In this document: piece after piece, positions 22,901-36,600 of the stretch
How positions within the stretch are numbered: position 1 is the stretch's first letter
Layout: every line of letters starts with the position of its first letter
Assembly: GCA_002633005.1 (NCBI GenBank)
Contig: NMRA01000007.1
Span: 1,440,362-1,504,361 of the forward strand
Source of the DNA: Phoronis australis
Lineage: Eukaryota; Animalia; Phoronida
Direction of reading: 5' to 3'
DNA length: 64,000 bases
Notes under the pieces: model-generated
What the model saw: the letters and a program-made list of their open reading frames with translations, nothing else
Told to the model about the DNA's origin: nothing
Database searches by the model: none
Position numbers and translations under genes: made by a program

Positions 22901-25900
22901 GTATACTAGATATATCCGACAAGGCATCGATGGACTTGGCATATTGGCTGATCTTACGTTGCCGACATTGTCATGTTTTGAGTTTTAGTTAGAAACAAAA
23001 ACAAATTCCCAGTAACTGTAATGAAAGCACATAGATTGTAAGATTCTTACAGAACACGAGTAAATTAGTCCATCCGTGTAGAAGCAAATACATATAAAAT
23101 CCCATTTATAGGTCATGTTGTTGTGCTTGAACTTGTAATTATGATTTATCTCAAGTTAGCGAATACTTGAACTTTATATTTTAGTTTTTATTTAAGCCAT
23201 CGGGCGAAACTTGTCGTTCAGTCTCAACTGCAATTAACACACTGTTTCGTAGTCCCAGGTATAAAGAATTTTTGTAATTATTGAAACCACAATCACTCAA
23301 TTTCTTCTTTACTGGAGGAATGGTTTTGGTTGGGTCCTAGGAGTAATAAAATGAAGGTGAATAAGGGATTGCCAATAACTCAATAAACTGAAAAAACCAA
23401 TAAAAGTTGGTTAAAATTTACACTATTTTATTATTATGCAATTTATCTTTAGTGCAGAGCAATTTTTTTGTCAACATGAATGTGATTACCAAGTGAACTT
23501 GGCAATGTATTCTTGGGATCAAGCACTAGCCTACCAAGTTTTGCATTAACACACACTGCACACTAAATTCAATGTAGCCTACAAAACTTGAAAGCTCAAA
23601 CACTGAATAAGTCATTCTGTCGACTCATAATTGTTAGCTGCCTGTACATAAATATATATTCATGGGCAGTGTTATTACTATTTTATAATCTTGTACAACA
23701 ATGGTCTTATTAGTTACATGAATGGAAACCACGAGTGGTCTTCCAAGCTAAAAATACAGACGATCATGTGTACGTCGCCTGATCAGAACCCAAAAACTGA
23801 GGCGAGGGAACCGTGCCAACAGCGGCCTAGGCTTGTACCCAGGTATTTAGGACAGAAAATAAGTTATAAATAACTTAAAATGTTCTCGGCAATAAATACC
23901 TCGTTATCTTTGTTCGTTCCGTCGTTGAAGACTCCCGAATGTTGTTGATGTTTTGAGTACTGAAGAAACATTTGTACAGAACCAGTAAACGTCCAGTGGG
24001 ATAAATGTGTGACCTAAATAGTCATTTCCTTTCGTATGGAAATGACAGACAAAACGTGATGTTTCATTGGCCAATACAACGGCATGACCTCTTGCACAGT
24101 CGTTGACCTTTTTACGGATAGCGTCTGAGACGCCACACACGAAACAAATTGTGGGATACCGGTCATCCAAAGCAGCAACGCTTGATCACTCAACCGCAAA
24201 AACTTCTCCATGCGGTGATGGACAATGATTCCTATGAATGCGCAGTTAGGGAGGATTGGCCATCACTTCCAAATTTGACCAATGACATTTCCTTTTCACG
24301 CGAGGAACACTATCGCCCCCTCTTTTGATGGTAGGGTACATCAAATTGCTACCACGGAATGGGTAATTTAGTAGGGACCAATAACTGTCACAGCAATATT
24401 TCAAAATAAACAGAAACGTTGTTTTAAAAAGTTTAAAGCACATTTTTTAGTTGTAACGATAAGAGAGACAATCTCATTTGAGAAATAATTACCCCTCGGG
24501 TAGAAAGTAACATGTCAAAAGTGAACAGGTAACAGTGTGAAAATATTGACTACTCTATTTGTACATCTCGATAACTTTTTATTTTTCAAGTAATTTAGCC
24601 TAATTTCAATTAACGAATACTAAGACAAAATTGAGAATGTACGGATTTTGGGGACATTTTTGTGCAACCAGATGCAAAGTTCATGATTCGTTTTGATTTT
24701 TATCTAAATACTAAATTCAGTATAATTTGAATTTTAACCGCTTCAGTCACCAAACTCGGGTCCAGCAAATTAAGCTGCACATCACTCTATTTAATCCCTC
24801 CTTTTTATTTTTATGTAGTTCACTATTTATGTTTTACTCTTGTTTATTTTTTCATTTTGTCCGCACCCATGAGCCTAAAAAATGGGATGTTCGAATTTTT
24901 GAGAATGTACACCTTTTAATAAGATTCAAGAGAGAGAGTTAGAGCTATGAATTCTGCAGTCGCCGAATTTTGGTTGTCTCTGCCTTTTTAATGGACTTTT
25001 GTCTCGTTTAATACTTTTTCCGGTCTTTTTCTTTCTCCGAGGCGGACCTTTTGTCCGCTTCGCAAAATGGCGGGCTTATTCGAGCCCCCACCGCGCGCGC
25101 TTGATTTTATTTGCTTTCCATGCCAAGTTTCCAGTTGTTTTTCATAGATTGCATTTATCTTTTATTGTTTATTTACCGTGCCTGTTTGTCGTCTCTAGTC
25201 CTATGCATATTCCCCGGCATCCTGTCGCTCGATTATTTTATCTATTGTTACCTACAGGTACTTTATCAACTGCCTCCATGTGTCGTGGCGTCGGTATTTT
25301 AACCTAATAATTATCGAGGAAGGGCATACGCCTGTAACGTTTTCGACCAAAGGCAAGTGTCTTTTTTACTGATGTCGCATTATGTTATAATTTTCAGTTA
25401 TATATACTAGATCATTATATTTCCAGCCAGTAGGCATGATCATTTTCCACAAGTCGTTTTTACAGTTTATGCCCGTCACTATATATAGACCCAAGGCTAT
25501 ACGATGAGTCAAGCTGCGACTACGTCCGGAAGTTGGCGCATGCACTGTGGATGGAATTTCTAAATTATTATGTAAGTGGAACTATCCGCCACAATAATCC
25601 ATCTGATATTAAAGCTACAAAATCACAACTAAATTGACCTGAGAGCAATTTCATATGTGTAAATGATCCAAATCAAAAGCAGTTTTTTGTGACGGAGTGA
25701 GGTGGGTTTACAGCTCATTGGGACCAAATACTCGTTTTTGGGACTATTGTTGGCCGGTGGGATAGACTTTTTGAAGTTATTAGCTTTGACCAGAGCTATA
25801 AAACAACAAAATGCGTTGATTTTGTTATTTTATTACAAATCGCCAATTCGTACTGCTGTCTGTCAGGCATTCGCTCAAGTCGAGACAGCGGATGTCTTAG

Positions 25901-26041
25901 TAAACATTAATTGCTATTTCACCCCAGGGATTTGGCTTAGCGCTGGGTAGACAGTTCAGCTTTATGCTATGGCGGGTCAGTGTATTCGGTTCTGTGCGAC
26001 TCTACACGTGACTCCCAACGGGAGGTCTAACTGTGGCAGTT

Positions 26042-26118
26042 TTCACTTCACTAGTCTGTCGATGCAGAGTAGAAAAAAATTCACTTCACCAGTCTGTCGA
26101 TGCAGAGTAGAAAAAAAT
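26042..26118. repeat. 38-bp tandem duplication
   Basis: ttcacttcac(t/c)agtctgtcgatgcagagtagaaaaaaa twice. Confidence 0.88.
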
Positions 26119-26504
26119 AGAACCCTGGCCTGGGCATGGGTTCTATGCAGCTATATGAAAAAACAGACATGCATATCGAAGCAAGCATGTGAACGCCGTC
26201 TGCTCACCAATGGTTCGATGTAGACCAGAGTGTTGCACACGTAATACCCAAATAAGTTCCTATATAGCGAAGCAGTGTATATTATCAATAAGCGACTGAA
26301 ATATTTATTATTTTGGAACTATAGCGCCCTGCAGTTAGAACTGCGATTTCAGCTGTCGTGTGAATGGCTGCGGACACGAGCGACCGAAAGTGTTTACCCG
26401 AAATACGTCTATTGTAAAAAAAGATTGGCAATACAAAATTTCGTCAGACGCACGAAATTATAGTGATATTCGTAACAGAAAGACGACCAGAAAAAAGAAC
26501 TCAC

Positions 26505-26560
26505 CTTTTTATCTTCTGTTTACAAAAAACGGAACACTAGTTATGAGCTTTCTTCTTCGA
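26505..26560 (-). promoter_or_regulatory. Candidate non-coding first exon of pyruvate kinase (donor at 26505; 5' end unknown)
   Basis: Strong donor AAG|GTGAGT in a relatively CpG-rich region. The ATG micro-exon begins with an acceptor, so an upstream UTR exon is required. The assignment is inference. Confidence 0.4.
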
Positions 26561-29500
26561 AATTTAGAATTTTCTTTAAAAATACTTTTGACCCCCCACT
26601 GCCCTTAAATTGAACATGTTCTGTGACGTTTTCTTATTGTGATTACTCTTTTTTACTCGAAACTTCGTAATCACTTTTATCGGTAGCCTTGGTACAAAAC
26701 TGTAAACTAAAGTGTAGCTTTATTTTGACGACAGTCTTCATACAGCCAGCTAGGTGACGGGGTTTGGCAAGGACAACTGACGCCAGTGAACAGTTCCAAG
26801 GAGGATTTTACAAGACCAATGGTACACCTGAATACCAGAGAATGTAAAGCGGTAGTGGGGAGACATGTGCAGAAAGAACAACATCGGTAAAAATTATTGA
26901 CTAACTGACTGATTTGCGTTAAAAAATTTCTGTGACATTTTTAACAATATAAAAAAGGTTTTACTCATTTTATTTAAAACTGAAACTTCCCAAAACGAAC
27001 CCAGTTCAAAGCGGTTATTATAACGGTTCCTGTAAATTTTGATTTAGACGGCAAAGGATTCATTGACTGATGTCAGACGAGAAACGATTTTTGGTTGAGA
27101 CTTGAGAGTTCGTTATTTTTCTCGATGAGACACGCTGTGACAAGTGAACTAATTTTAGAGTCAGGACTCGAGCAATAACGAACATTCAGATCTTTAGTAG
27201 CCCAGAAACCATAATTTGAGATCAATTTCACAATGGTCGGGTAAAGGTCTAAGCAAAGTTGTCTTTGTTAAAGGCAGCTTTAGCCGCCTCAACCAGACGT
27301 CAACATTTTTCAGAATAAATAGAATTAAATCATTGAGAATTTGAACGATTCCGAACTTACATGTTTTAGAAAAGATGATAACGAAACACAAATACGTAAC
27401 AAACAGTTGTAATCTAAGAGACGTATCCCGATTTCCGTGACAGCGTTCAAGTGACGGAAAGACGGTGTATTAGAAACAATGATTAACTCCCATGAGTTTG
27501 AAAACAGCGAATTCCGGTTTCCAGGATTTGTCTATAACCCCATTTCAGTGTACCGGAAAATGATTTACAGAACGACATGGAAGTCAAAAAATGCACCAAC
27601 ACTTCAAGTGCTTTCTGCAGATGTCCAACATTGTGTTTCATTGTATTCGATCAGGCACACACCGTTCCAATTTTCAGTTGCTAGCACTGACAACAGAGGA
27701 GACAACAAAAAACCTTCCTAACCTATTCAAGTACTAAGTCTAACGCTGGGTGGACAAATTTTAGCAAGCAGCTACAGACATACATGTACGCGACTATATA
27801 TTTACAAACACTCCTTGATTTTTAGGCCACTTACCGTAACGAAGTTGGTCTCAAAATTCAGGATGCAATTTTAAGGGTTCGAAAGAATTGGCAGTTTGTT
27901 AGTACTGGAGACCAGGCTGTGCAAGTTGCAAGTCTTCTCACGTATCATTTGACGTTGATGCGCCGAGTTCAGTCGTTGCAAACCCATAAACCACATAACA
28001 CCTGAGTAAGGAACAAGTTTAGGCAATTTGATAGCCGTAAGTAGCAAATGAACAGTTCAGTTCTTGCGGGGGCAGAACATTTGTTATAGCATGGCCCACA
28101 GAATCTAATTCCCTTTCAATGACAGCAGGCTGATGAGCACTTCGGATCTATTGCATACTAAAAGCATTATGACTTTTTAAAATTGTTTATTGAATGAAAT
28201 ACAGCAAAATCAAACCCCCATTATCAACCCCCACAGACGCATTCCTTACCACCAAACAACTTGCGAGAAATATTCCCTTACAGCACGGTGTACTAGGTGT
28301 ATTTGCCGGCTAATTCAACATTCCAACCTTGCCGCCTTATGGACCTATGCTTCAGTAATGTCCTGATTTTCTACAGCAGAACTCGTTACAAGGTAAGCTA
28401 CCATGTTTAAAGGGCTAGATTTTTCGGAAGTACATACCTTCATCATTATAGCATACAATGGCATATTTCACAAATCCTTTGACTTCATTATAATGAGTTT
28501 CGACTATAGTATACACGCAAGTATATCCCCATACTCACGAAACACTCGCCTTCTCATGTGATTTCATGTTGTCTCCTGCGATCTCGCAAAAAAATAGGCT
28601 CTATGGAAAGTACGTCTTATTTTTTGCACTAACTCCTGTATATAACTCCCAACAACGTTTCCAATCATACTACACTTGGCTGATACTGGTAAAATAAAAC
28701 CCAAACTGAACGTTTAACAGAAGAGTCCAAAACAAAACACCCCAAAGGATATTTGGAAACAGTTCAGCTAGACCTCCAACTACATGACAAAAATACAGTC
28801 ACTGACAAAACAGGCAACAGGTACAGCAACAAGTCAGCGCTAAATAACATATGGCAAGCTTTCAACAGTCACATGTCTTATACAGACATTTTAAGATGCA
28901 TTTTATAACTGAATTCGTATTTAATCCAGTTGAATATGACAACCCAATATTCTCAGATTCCATATATGGTACATCAACTTCGAACAGCTTAAACCTCAGG
29001 TGAACCTGGAATGAACACAGGACCACAAGCCTATAGACTTTGCAAAGAAATAACTTAAGTAATTATCCATTATAAACAAGTGAAGTATTATAAAAAAAAA
29101 CATGGAAATTGACCCGCATGTTGAGTAACAGCAGAAAACTATAAAAAAAACACAAACAATAATTCTAAAAGCTATTAACAACACCTGATCACAGCCCACA
29201 CGAGTTCAACTGCAAACACCAGAACTAGACTTTCTTACACAATTCAATCAAAATGACAGAAACTTAGTCTCACATTCAGACTGTTAGTATTACAGCCTGC
29301 TTCGATCTGTGTTATGTAGGTATTTCAACAATTCAAACTGTCTCTCATTACTTTCATTTTGGGAATTTTTTCTCAGACAATTATTTATTCAATTGCATGC
29401 TGTTCTCATTTCGATAACCTTAATGAGCCATGGAGGTAGTACAGATGCACTGTAAACCAAAATAAAGCGTTGCGCTCGAGTGACATTGTGAGCAGTGGGC

Positions 29501-30555
29501 ATAGTGATCACAACCTGCGTTTATCACCTGGATTATGATTTAAGTTGCATTATTCAAGGTAGGGACAGCATATTTTTTATGCTTTTAGTTGATTTAAATT
29601 CACCAGTTAACCTCATCTTTGACTGACTTGTCAAGAACCAGATAACAGATGTGTTCACCAGACTAATGTTAATAGAGTTATGAAGCGGGACAAGGTAAAA
29701 ACTCTTACATAATAATTATCATCTACCTCAGTTGAAAGGTAAAAAATATCATAGTTAAAAAAGAAGCAACTTATCATAACAAACTTGTCTCAACAACATT
29801 ACCCAAATATTTTACAGCTTTGACATTGGAAATAGCACAGCTTATAAGAAAACAGACCTACACTCTATCATAGTGCTAAAAAATGTTGTTGAACATGGCT
29901 TCTCATTGGTTAAAGTAATGAAACCACATCATAACATTCAGTCATTCCCATTACCGTAGTTGAAATTTGGGAAACCCCTTTCCGTTTACTGTTTCCAAGT
30001 ACGGCGCCACCTTTGACTTTAATAGCTGTATTTTATTAAAGTGGGCAGTGATCAAAGTAATTTAAAGAAAACCAGGTGGCTTAAGCCCAAACAGGTACAA
30101 GGCATAAAGGTGTGTGCAAGTGGTGATGATGCTTCCGACTTAAGTATGCGCATTGATGCCCACACACGGAATTCCGTGTGTTGTTCATCATAACAGGGCC
30201 ACTTTTCAGTATAGGTGGCGCTGTGTCAGAGGGTACATACAGAACCCTCACTCCGGGTAAGTGCATCAAGTATAGTGTATCCTCGTAATAGTGTAATAAA
30301 ACGAGCCTCGTTATAATGAAAAGTGGACCTTACTACACGGCAAAACTAACATGAGCTGGATACAACCGCATCTAGATTATATCTGAGTTAGGTGAAACCT
30401 TACCAGGGCCTAGCACATAAACTACAAGAACTGTACCACAGAGCTGTGTCCCAGTTAGCTGTGCGACTTATACAAGTTTTACTCTATAAGATTCCTAATT
30501 GAGGCGCTAAGCCTAAAGCATCCCTTCTCTGGTTAGTGCGGAAGATTCATAGCAG

Positions 30556-30688
30556 TTACTCTGTTGACAAGTCACTTGGAAGGAACTGCTTCAACATGTT
30601 GGAGAGGGTGACCAACGATTCTTGCAGTCCTTGAGGTTGGTTAATGGTCAGCCACATTGTGCGGTACTGGTCAATCAGACCTAGGAGT
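30556..30688 (-). CDS. ANK-GH20 exon 21 (terminal coding)
   Basis: ttgcag|LLGLIDQYRTMWLTINQPQGLQESLVTLSNMLKQFLPSDLSTE-stop. Confidence 0.88.
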
Positions 30689-33600
30689 CTGCAATGGAGA
30701 AACAAGACAAACATGAAACTATCCGAATGGGTACGGCTAAAATCCCACCAACTCAAGTCACAATATGGCAGACACGTGAAAGTTTATTTTAGTAAAATTC
30801 TCATGGAAGAAAAATAGTACCAAATAAATGATAATCTTCTTTATCAAGTGCTATACCACCAGACAATTTTTTGAGTCAGAGTTTATGGGCAATCATAACA
30901 CCCTTAGAAACCCTTGAAAAATGAACAAGATTATTATTTTTTGGCAATTAATTTTACTTTAATTGCAGAGTTTTTGCCGAATTATTACCAGATAGATGTA
31001 GATATGAACTTCACTTGCAAATCTAACTGCCAGATGACAACTATTCAATAACTAGTTTAACTGTACAAATGTATCTTGTGTTAGGGACAGTGGGAAATTA
31101 ATCATTTTTCTCAAGGCAGGATAAAAAGGCAATGCTGGTTGTCCCAAATTCAAGAATTACGACAAAGACAAATTTTGTGGTGGCAGCTACTTTCAACGAT
31201 TTTCTCTCAGACTTTCTTCATACAAAATGCAGTGTCCAATATTTGAGAAATATGACAAACACCAAAATTACCCATGTTCCTATTTTCAAAATCAAGAAAA
31301 ATTAATTTTTGGCTTGAATTTCTGTGTCCCAAATTTTAAAGGGAGTCGAAACTGGAGATTTTTTAACATAAATAATGTAAGGTCAAAATAATAAATACTA
31401 CTAACCTATTGGCAAGATCTGTCTTGATTGTGGCAGGAAGATTGTTGACGCCCAGGTTAACAACAGGGTGTGCAGCTGCCATGGTACCGGGGTTTTTACC
31501 TGTGTTCATCAATGCACGACCAACCCTGGCGAAACAAATAACAAACGATGAGGAAATCGCCAAAAATTAAAAATTGTGTTCTCTACTACTGACAAAATAT
31601 CACGTGCTTCAGTAAAATTGCTGATGACACCCAAAAGGTTCGTGCCGAATAAGAAATCCTCTTACATGAAGATTGGAAACACATTGCACGAGTTAATCAA
31701 CCCAACTTTAGAAATGTCAGGGACTCACACACCTCTGTGCTAAGTGAAAATAGTAGTTGATGTGGTTGAAAGAAAACACCTAGACAACACTAATTTCTTT
31801 GTCTGTGGAAAAAAAAATAAGTTACGAGTTAATTTCAACATTGCTACATGCAAAAATGTACTTGCTTTAAAGGTGTAATAAACCAGCTTCGTTCTTCAAA
31901 AAACACATCTTGCTACTAACAATTTTTCCTTACTCAGATCGGAAATGATTTCTTGGCTGTAGGAGATCTGACAGTCTAACATATGTATCAGGCTATTAGC
32001 TAATTACAGTTGCTAGTCACAGCAGTAAGTTTCAGGCATTTACTTATAACCAATTTTAATGCCATGACATTGACCTGAAAGAGCAAAAACACCTCTGACG
32101 AAAGATATCATTTAAAACAAGAGCAACGCAGAGCGTTGAAATGCGCCCACAATTGCACCGCATACGGTATCCTTCTAGGGTTGTTTATTGGTACCATAAA
32201 GTGGCCAGTAGAGGGCATATATGTAGTATGTTGTACTTTGCAAAATGGAAAGGCATGGTCCTTGTCTCCTCAATAGGCTAGGGGCAAAATGTGAGTAATC
32301 TTCATAATACAAGCACATCCTATACACCAGTTGCTTAAAGCACCACAGAAACATAGAATTAAAAACAAATTTACCAACATACGAGATTAGCACAGCATTA
32401 GAATGCCAGAAACAAATTTCTACTTGGAACTTTTCCTTCACAGTCACGAAGTAACACAAAGTATACACCTGAAGACCTATGAAAATACAGAGGTCAATGT
32501 AAAATACTAAAATTGCCACTAGAGGCAAATACTAAAATTGCCACTAGAGGCATACCGGTAATCAGAATCATCCTAAAGTCGTCATCGTCCGTTGTCAACA
32601 TCACATAAATACACTTGCTAAATTTAGTAAAGATCCTGCAAACGGTTTGGGAGATACAGCCATGGGCGCAAAAAAACAAAACTGCCACTAGGAGGCGCCA
32701 CAGTAGTCCAAATCGTCTGAAAATCATTGTCAGCTGTCTTCCTTATAGTAAGCACATACACGCCAATTTTCACAATCATCCTTTGAGCGGTTTGGTTGAT
32801 AGAGGGGTGGACGCAAAAATACAGACTCGAAAACAGTAAAAATGGCCACTAGGTGGCGCAAACTACGTCGAATCCATCTGAAAACAGTAGGATAGCGTCA
32901 TCTCACTAATAGGTGCCTACATACCAAATTTCATGAAAATCCGTTCAGGACTTTTGAAGATACAAAGGTAAGCGTAAAAAACTAAAATTGCCACTAGGGG
33001 GCACACCGGTAGTCGGATCCGTCCGAAAGTTCGCACATGCCGTCCCATTCATGAATGGAACATATGTGCCCAATTTCATGAACGTATGTTAAAGGGTTTT
33101 GGAGATAGAGCAGCGGACGCCGGACGGACGCCGCCCGGACGGACGGACGGACGGACGGACAGAGATGACGGCATAATGCGTCCACATATAAATATGTGGG
33201 CGCATAACCAGAACATGGCTTGCAGCAGCTTTGAGAAGAAGCGAGATTCATTAAACCTGTAACAGACAAAAACCACTGCAAAAGAAACCACTGAGTGAGA
33301 ACTTACCAACAACAATAGGTCACATGTCAGTTGTAGCTCGCTCAACATCTGCATACCAGGTAAACACAGTAGACTAGACTTACCCACAGGCACACAACAA
33401 TAGATCACATGTCAGTTGTAACTCCCTCAACAAAACAAAGTAGATTAGACTACAGGCTAACAACAACCAGTCATATGTCAGTTGTAGCTTGCTCAACATA
33501 TGGATGCCATGTAAATATTGTCAACTACACCTACCTACAGGCACACAACATCAGGTCACATGTCAGTTTTAGCTCGCTTAACATATGCATGCTGTGTAAA

Positions 33601-36600
33601 CACTGTAGACTAGACTTACCTACAGGCACACAACATCAGGTCACATGTCAGTTTTAGCTCGCTTAACATATGCATGCCGTGTAAACACTGTAGACTAGAC
33701 TTGGACAGTTCACTCTGACACTTCTTGATGTGCCGCCTTGCTTTCTGAAACAGTCAGTAGTTGATTATTTCACAACAGCGAAATTATCTCTGAAAACTCT
33801 TTCGTAACCTTGAGCAGCAGTGCTTGAATTTCTGTGTTTCAAGCTTTAGCCCAATTTGAAGTTGCAAGTATTCTTTGTTTTGTAATCCAAGAAGAAAAGC
33901 ACATATTCACACAACGGTAACATAGATCTAGATCGGGTATCAATTAAAACTAAGTTGTTTGCTTCCTCTCTTGTCATCGACATAATACATGTACTCAAAA
34001 TATCTAACAAAAGATTTTTCAATAGTAAATACAACACGTTTGTTACCAGAAAAATGAGCACACTACCGCAATGAAAAGGAGGAAAACGAAACAAATAGCG
34101 ACCTATCCATCTCAGAGCAGTAAGGGTTAGGAGAGGGGAACAGCAATGTTTTAAGGGGGCCTATGTAGCTAGTTAGCTAGAGCCGACACACAACTGCAAT
34201 AAATTGAAGACTACCACTGGCATGGAACGCCATTTATGTGCTCATCTGAAGTATGGGAGATACACAGTTCCCATTGTTGTGAGCATGATTGGATTTATGA
34301 GTACGAAATGCACTGCTAATAAAGAAGGCTAAAAAATGATTACACATGAATGTACGTTAAAACATGCCAGAAGGATTTTGTGGGTACTTTAAAGCGTTTA
34401 TACACCCGCCTTCCATCACAAAAAGCAACTTTTAAATAAATGTACACCACTTACCATCATGAAATGGGTCATAAATTTTTCCTCAGTCAAATCAAAAAAT
34501 ATTTCAAGCCATCAAAAGAACTGGCAGTTCATTAAATTGCTTGAGACCAGGCTCTACATGTTGGCTTGCGATGGTGTGCATTTAGTGCACCAAGTGAGAT
34601 CTCAACAAATAACGAAGTGTCTCCTTTTGCGAACTCAGAAATTCCTTCTCATCTGTGAAAAGAACCTGTTTAGACTACTTTGACAGTGGCAAGCGATCTA
34701 AATCAAAAGTACGTTACTAGGATGGAATGCGGGTTTCTAGCCGATGTAATGCCGTACCTGGAACACGTCCGGCGTCAGGTATTCCAGAGATGCCGAGTCA
34801 GGGTGTGTCAACAACTGATACAACACAGAGCCATGGTCGTCAGGGAGACTTTTAGAGTCATTGGCTGCAATGAGACGACTACAACTGAAGCCAAAGGCAC
34901 AGAAAAAAATGAAAAATTCCTGCTAGCATTAGTTTATTTTTTCCAGCTCTGTTGCCGAGTGTTTTGAGCAATAACACACAAGAATAACAGAATGTTTTTG
35001 CAAATGAATACAAACACAAAATCTACCGCAGCTTTTTGCTGTTATTTCATTGATCAGTTTTCATTGTTTGTCACTAGGAATTTTGCAAAATTAGACCAAG
35101 AGTATCCCTGGTAACACTATCAAGAAACAGAACCATGCATATACCCTTGGGTTGTTTCACGAAAGTTATATCCGCTTGCTAACGGCGACATCTAGCCATC
35201 ACATGTGATATCACATAATACTTACTGAACAATACTGCTGGCAGCATGTGAATATTCAACAGATTAAGACTTAAGACATCTTTCATGTAACTGCCCCAAT
35301 CTGTTAAACATGCAATTAGGATTCCAGTCTCTTAAAAAGCGTGTTACCTAGCAACACTAAAATTTGGTGATATTGAAACTTGAGTTGGTGACAAGTCGGG
35401 AAAAAACAGTGAGCAGTAAACTGTAAAAACAGTAAAGTCTTCCTAACACTTATAAACAAGATCAACTTAAAATTCTGTTGATACCTTTCTGCTTAGCAAA
35501 CTTTAAAACATAGGTCTCCGCTCTTCCAAGCTCAATTAAAACTTGTCCAGTGACGGATCCAAAATCATTCAGCACATGTTTGTTGATAAGTTCTGGGAGA
35601 TTCCCCTGGACATGATCCTAAAAACAAGATGGTGAACAATGTAGCTAATAAGCTCAGCACAATGAGACGCTAAGGTAAAGAAAAAGCCGAGTGTTTACTA
35701 TTCATATTTTTAACAGAATTGACCTCTGCCCTTATAAGAAAACAGGGTCTTGCTGAAGCTATTTTAGCTCCATCAAATCCATGACTAAACTGAAGATGTC
35801 CTTCCAGGTTCAGAACTCAGTTAGAAACCAGTAACATAAGGAAGAGAAGTCTAGATCAGTATGAAACAGATAAATATTATTTGGCAGAACTGTAACCTCA
35901 GTTTTGCAAGATTGCCATCTGAAAAGCATCTTCATTCAAATCTCTTCTATATGTCATTTTTGTATCCTATTTTCATCTGAAACCTAATTCATCTTGTTGA
36001 TCGTGTCTTTTTCCAGATAATAATTTTGAGACATGCAGTTCTGAATCACTGGTTCGTAGCTAGGAAGTGCACACTAGAAAGTAAATAGTTAGTCACCAAG
36101 AAATATCCACACTATAGTAAAATCTCACTAATTTCGGACAACGATATTTGCCAAACGAGACAATTTTTCAATTTCAAAGGACTCTAACATTGTTGTGAAT
36201 ACCCACAGTTTCTCAAAACATTTCACTAAAATAACGTTAGCTATGACATAGAACTTTAAAATGATAAAGCATTTAATTGGTGCTATGTATCTTGCTCGTG
36301 ATACTATGTCCTCAATTGGTCAAATTTTACAATACTACGCATCAGTGACTTTCAAGCAGTTATTAATCTAGTCAGAAGTTTTTCAAATTCATTTGCACGG
36401 ACCGCCATTTTCTCACCACTGGGGCTCGCTTTTGATGGAGAAACGCAATAACTAATAGTCGCTACTTACGTAAGTAGTTGCAGAGTTCCAGGCAAGCCCA
36501 GCACAAGAAATGTAACCAGGCCAGCTGAAAGTCTTGTGAGTCATGTGACCTTTACCCGACCAGTCACAGACAACCATTCCTTGACCATCATACTTGAGAG

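Noticed and set aside
25314-25345. Hammerhead ribozyme / Penelope-like end (tcgagga-agggc atac gcct-gtaacgtt)
   Set aside because: The core deviates from CUGANGA and GAAA at essential positions; at most a decayed relic.
27825-27840. Consensus donor ACG|GTAAGT as the PK first exon
   Set aside because: It lies inside a copy of the dispersed repeat family; the 26505 donor is the better candidate.
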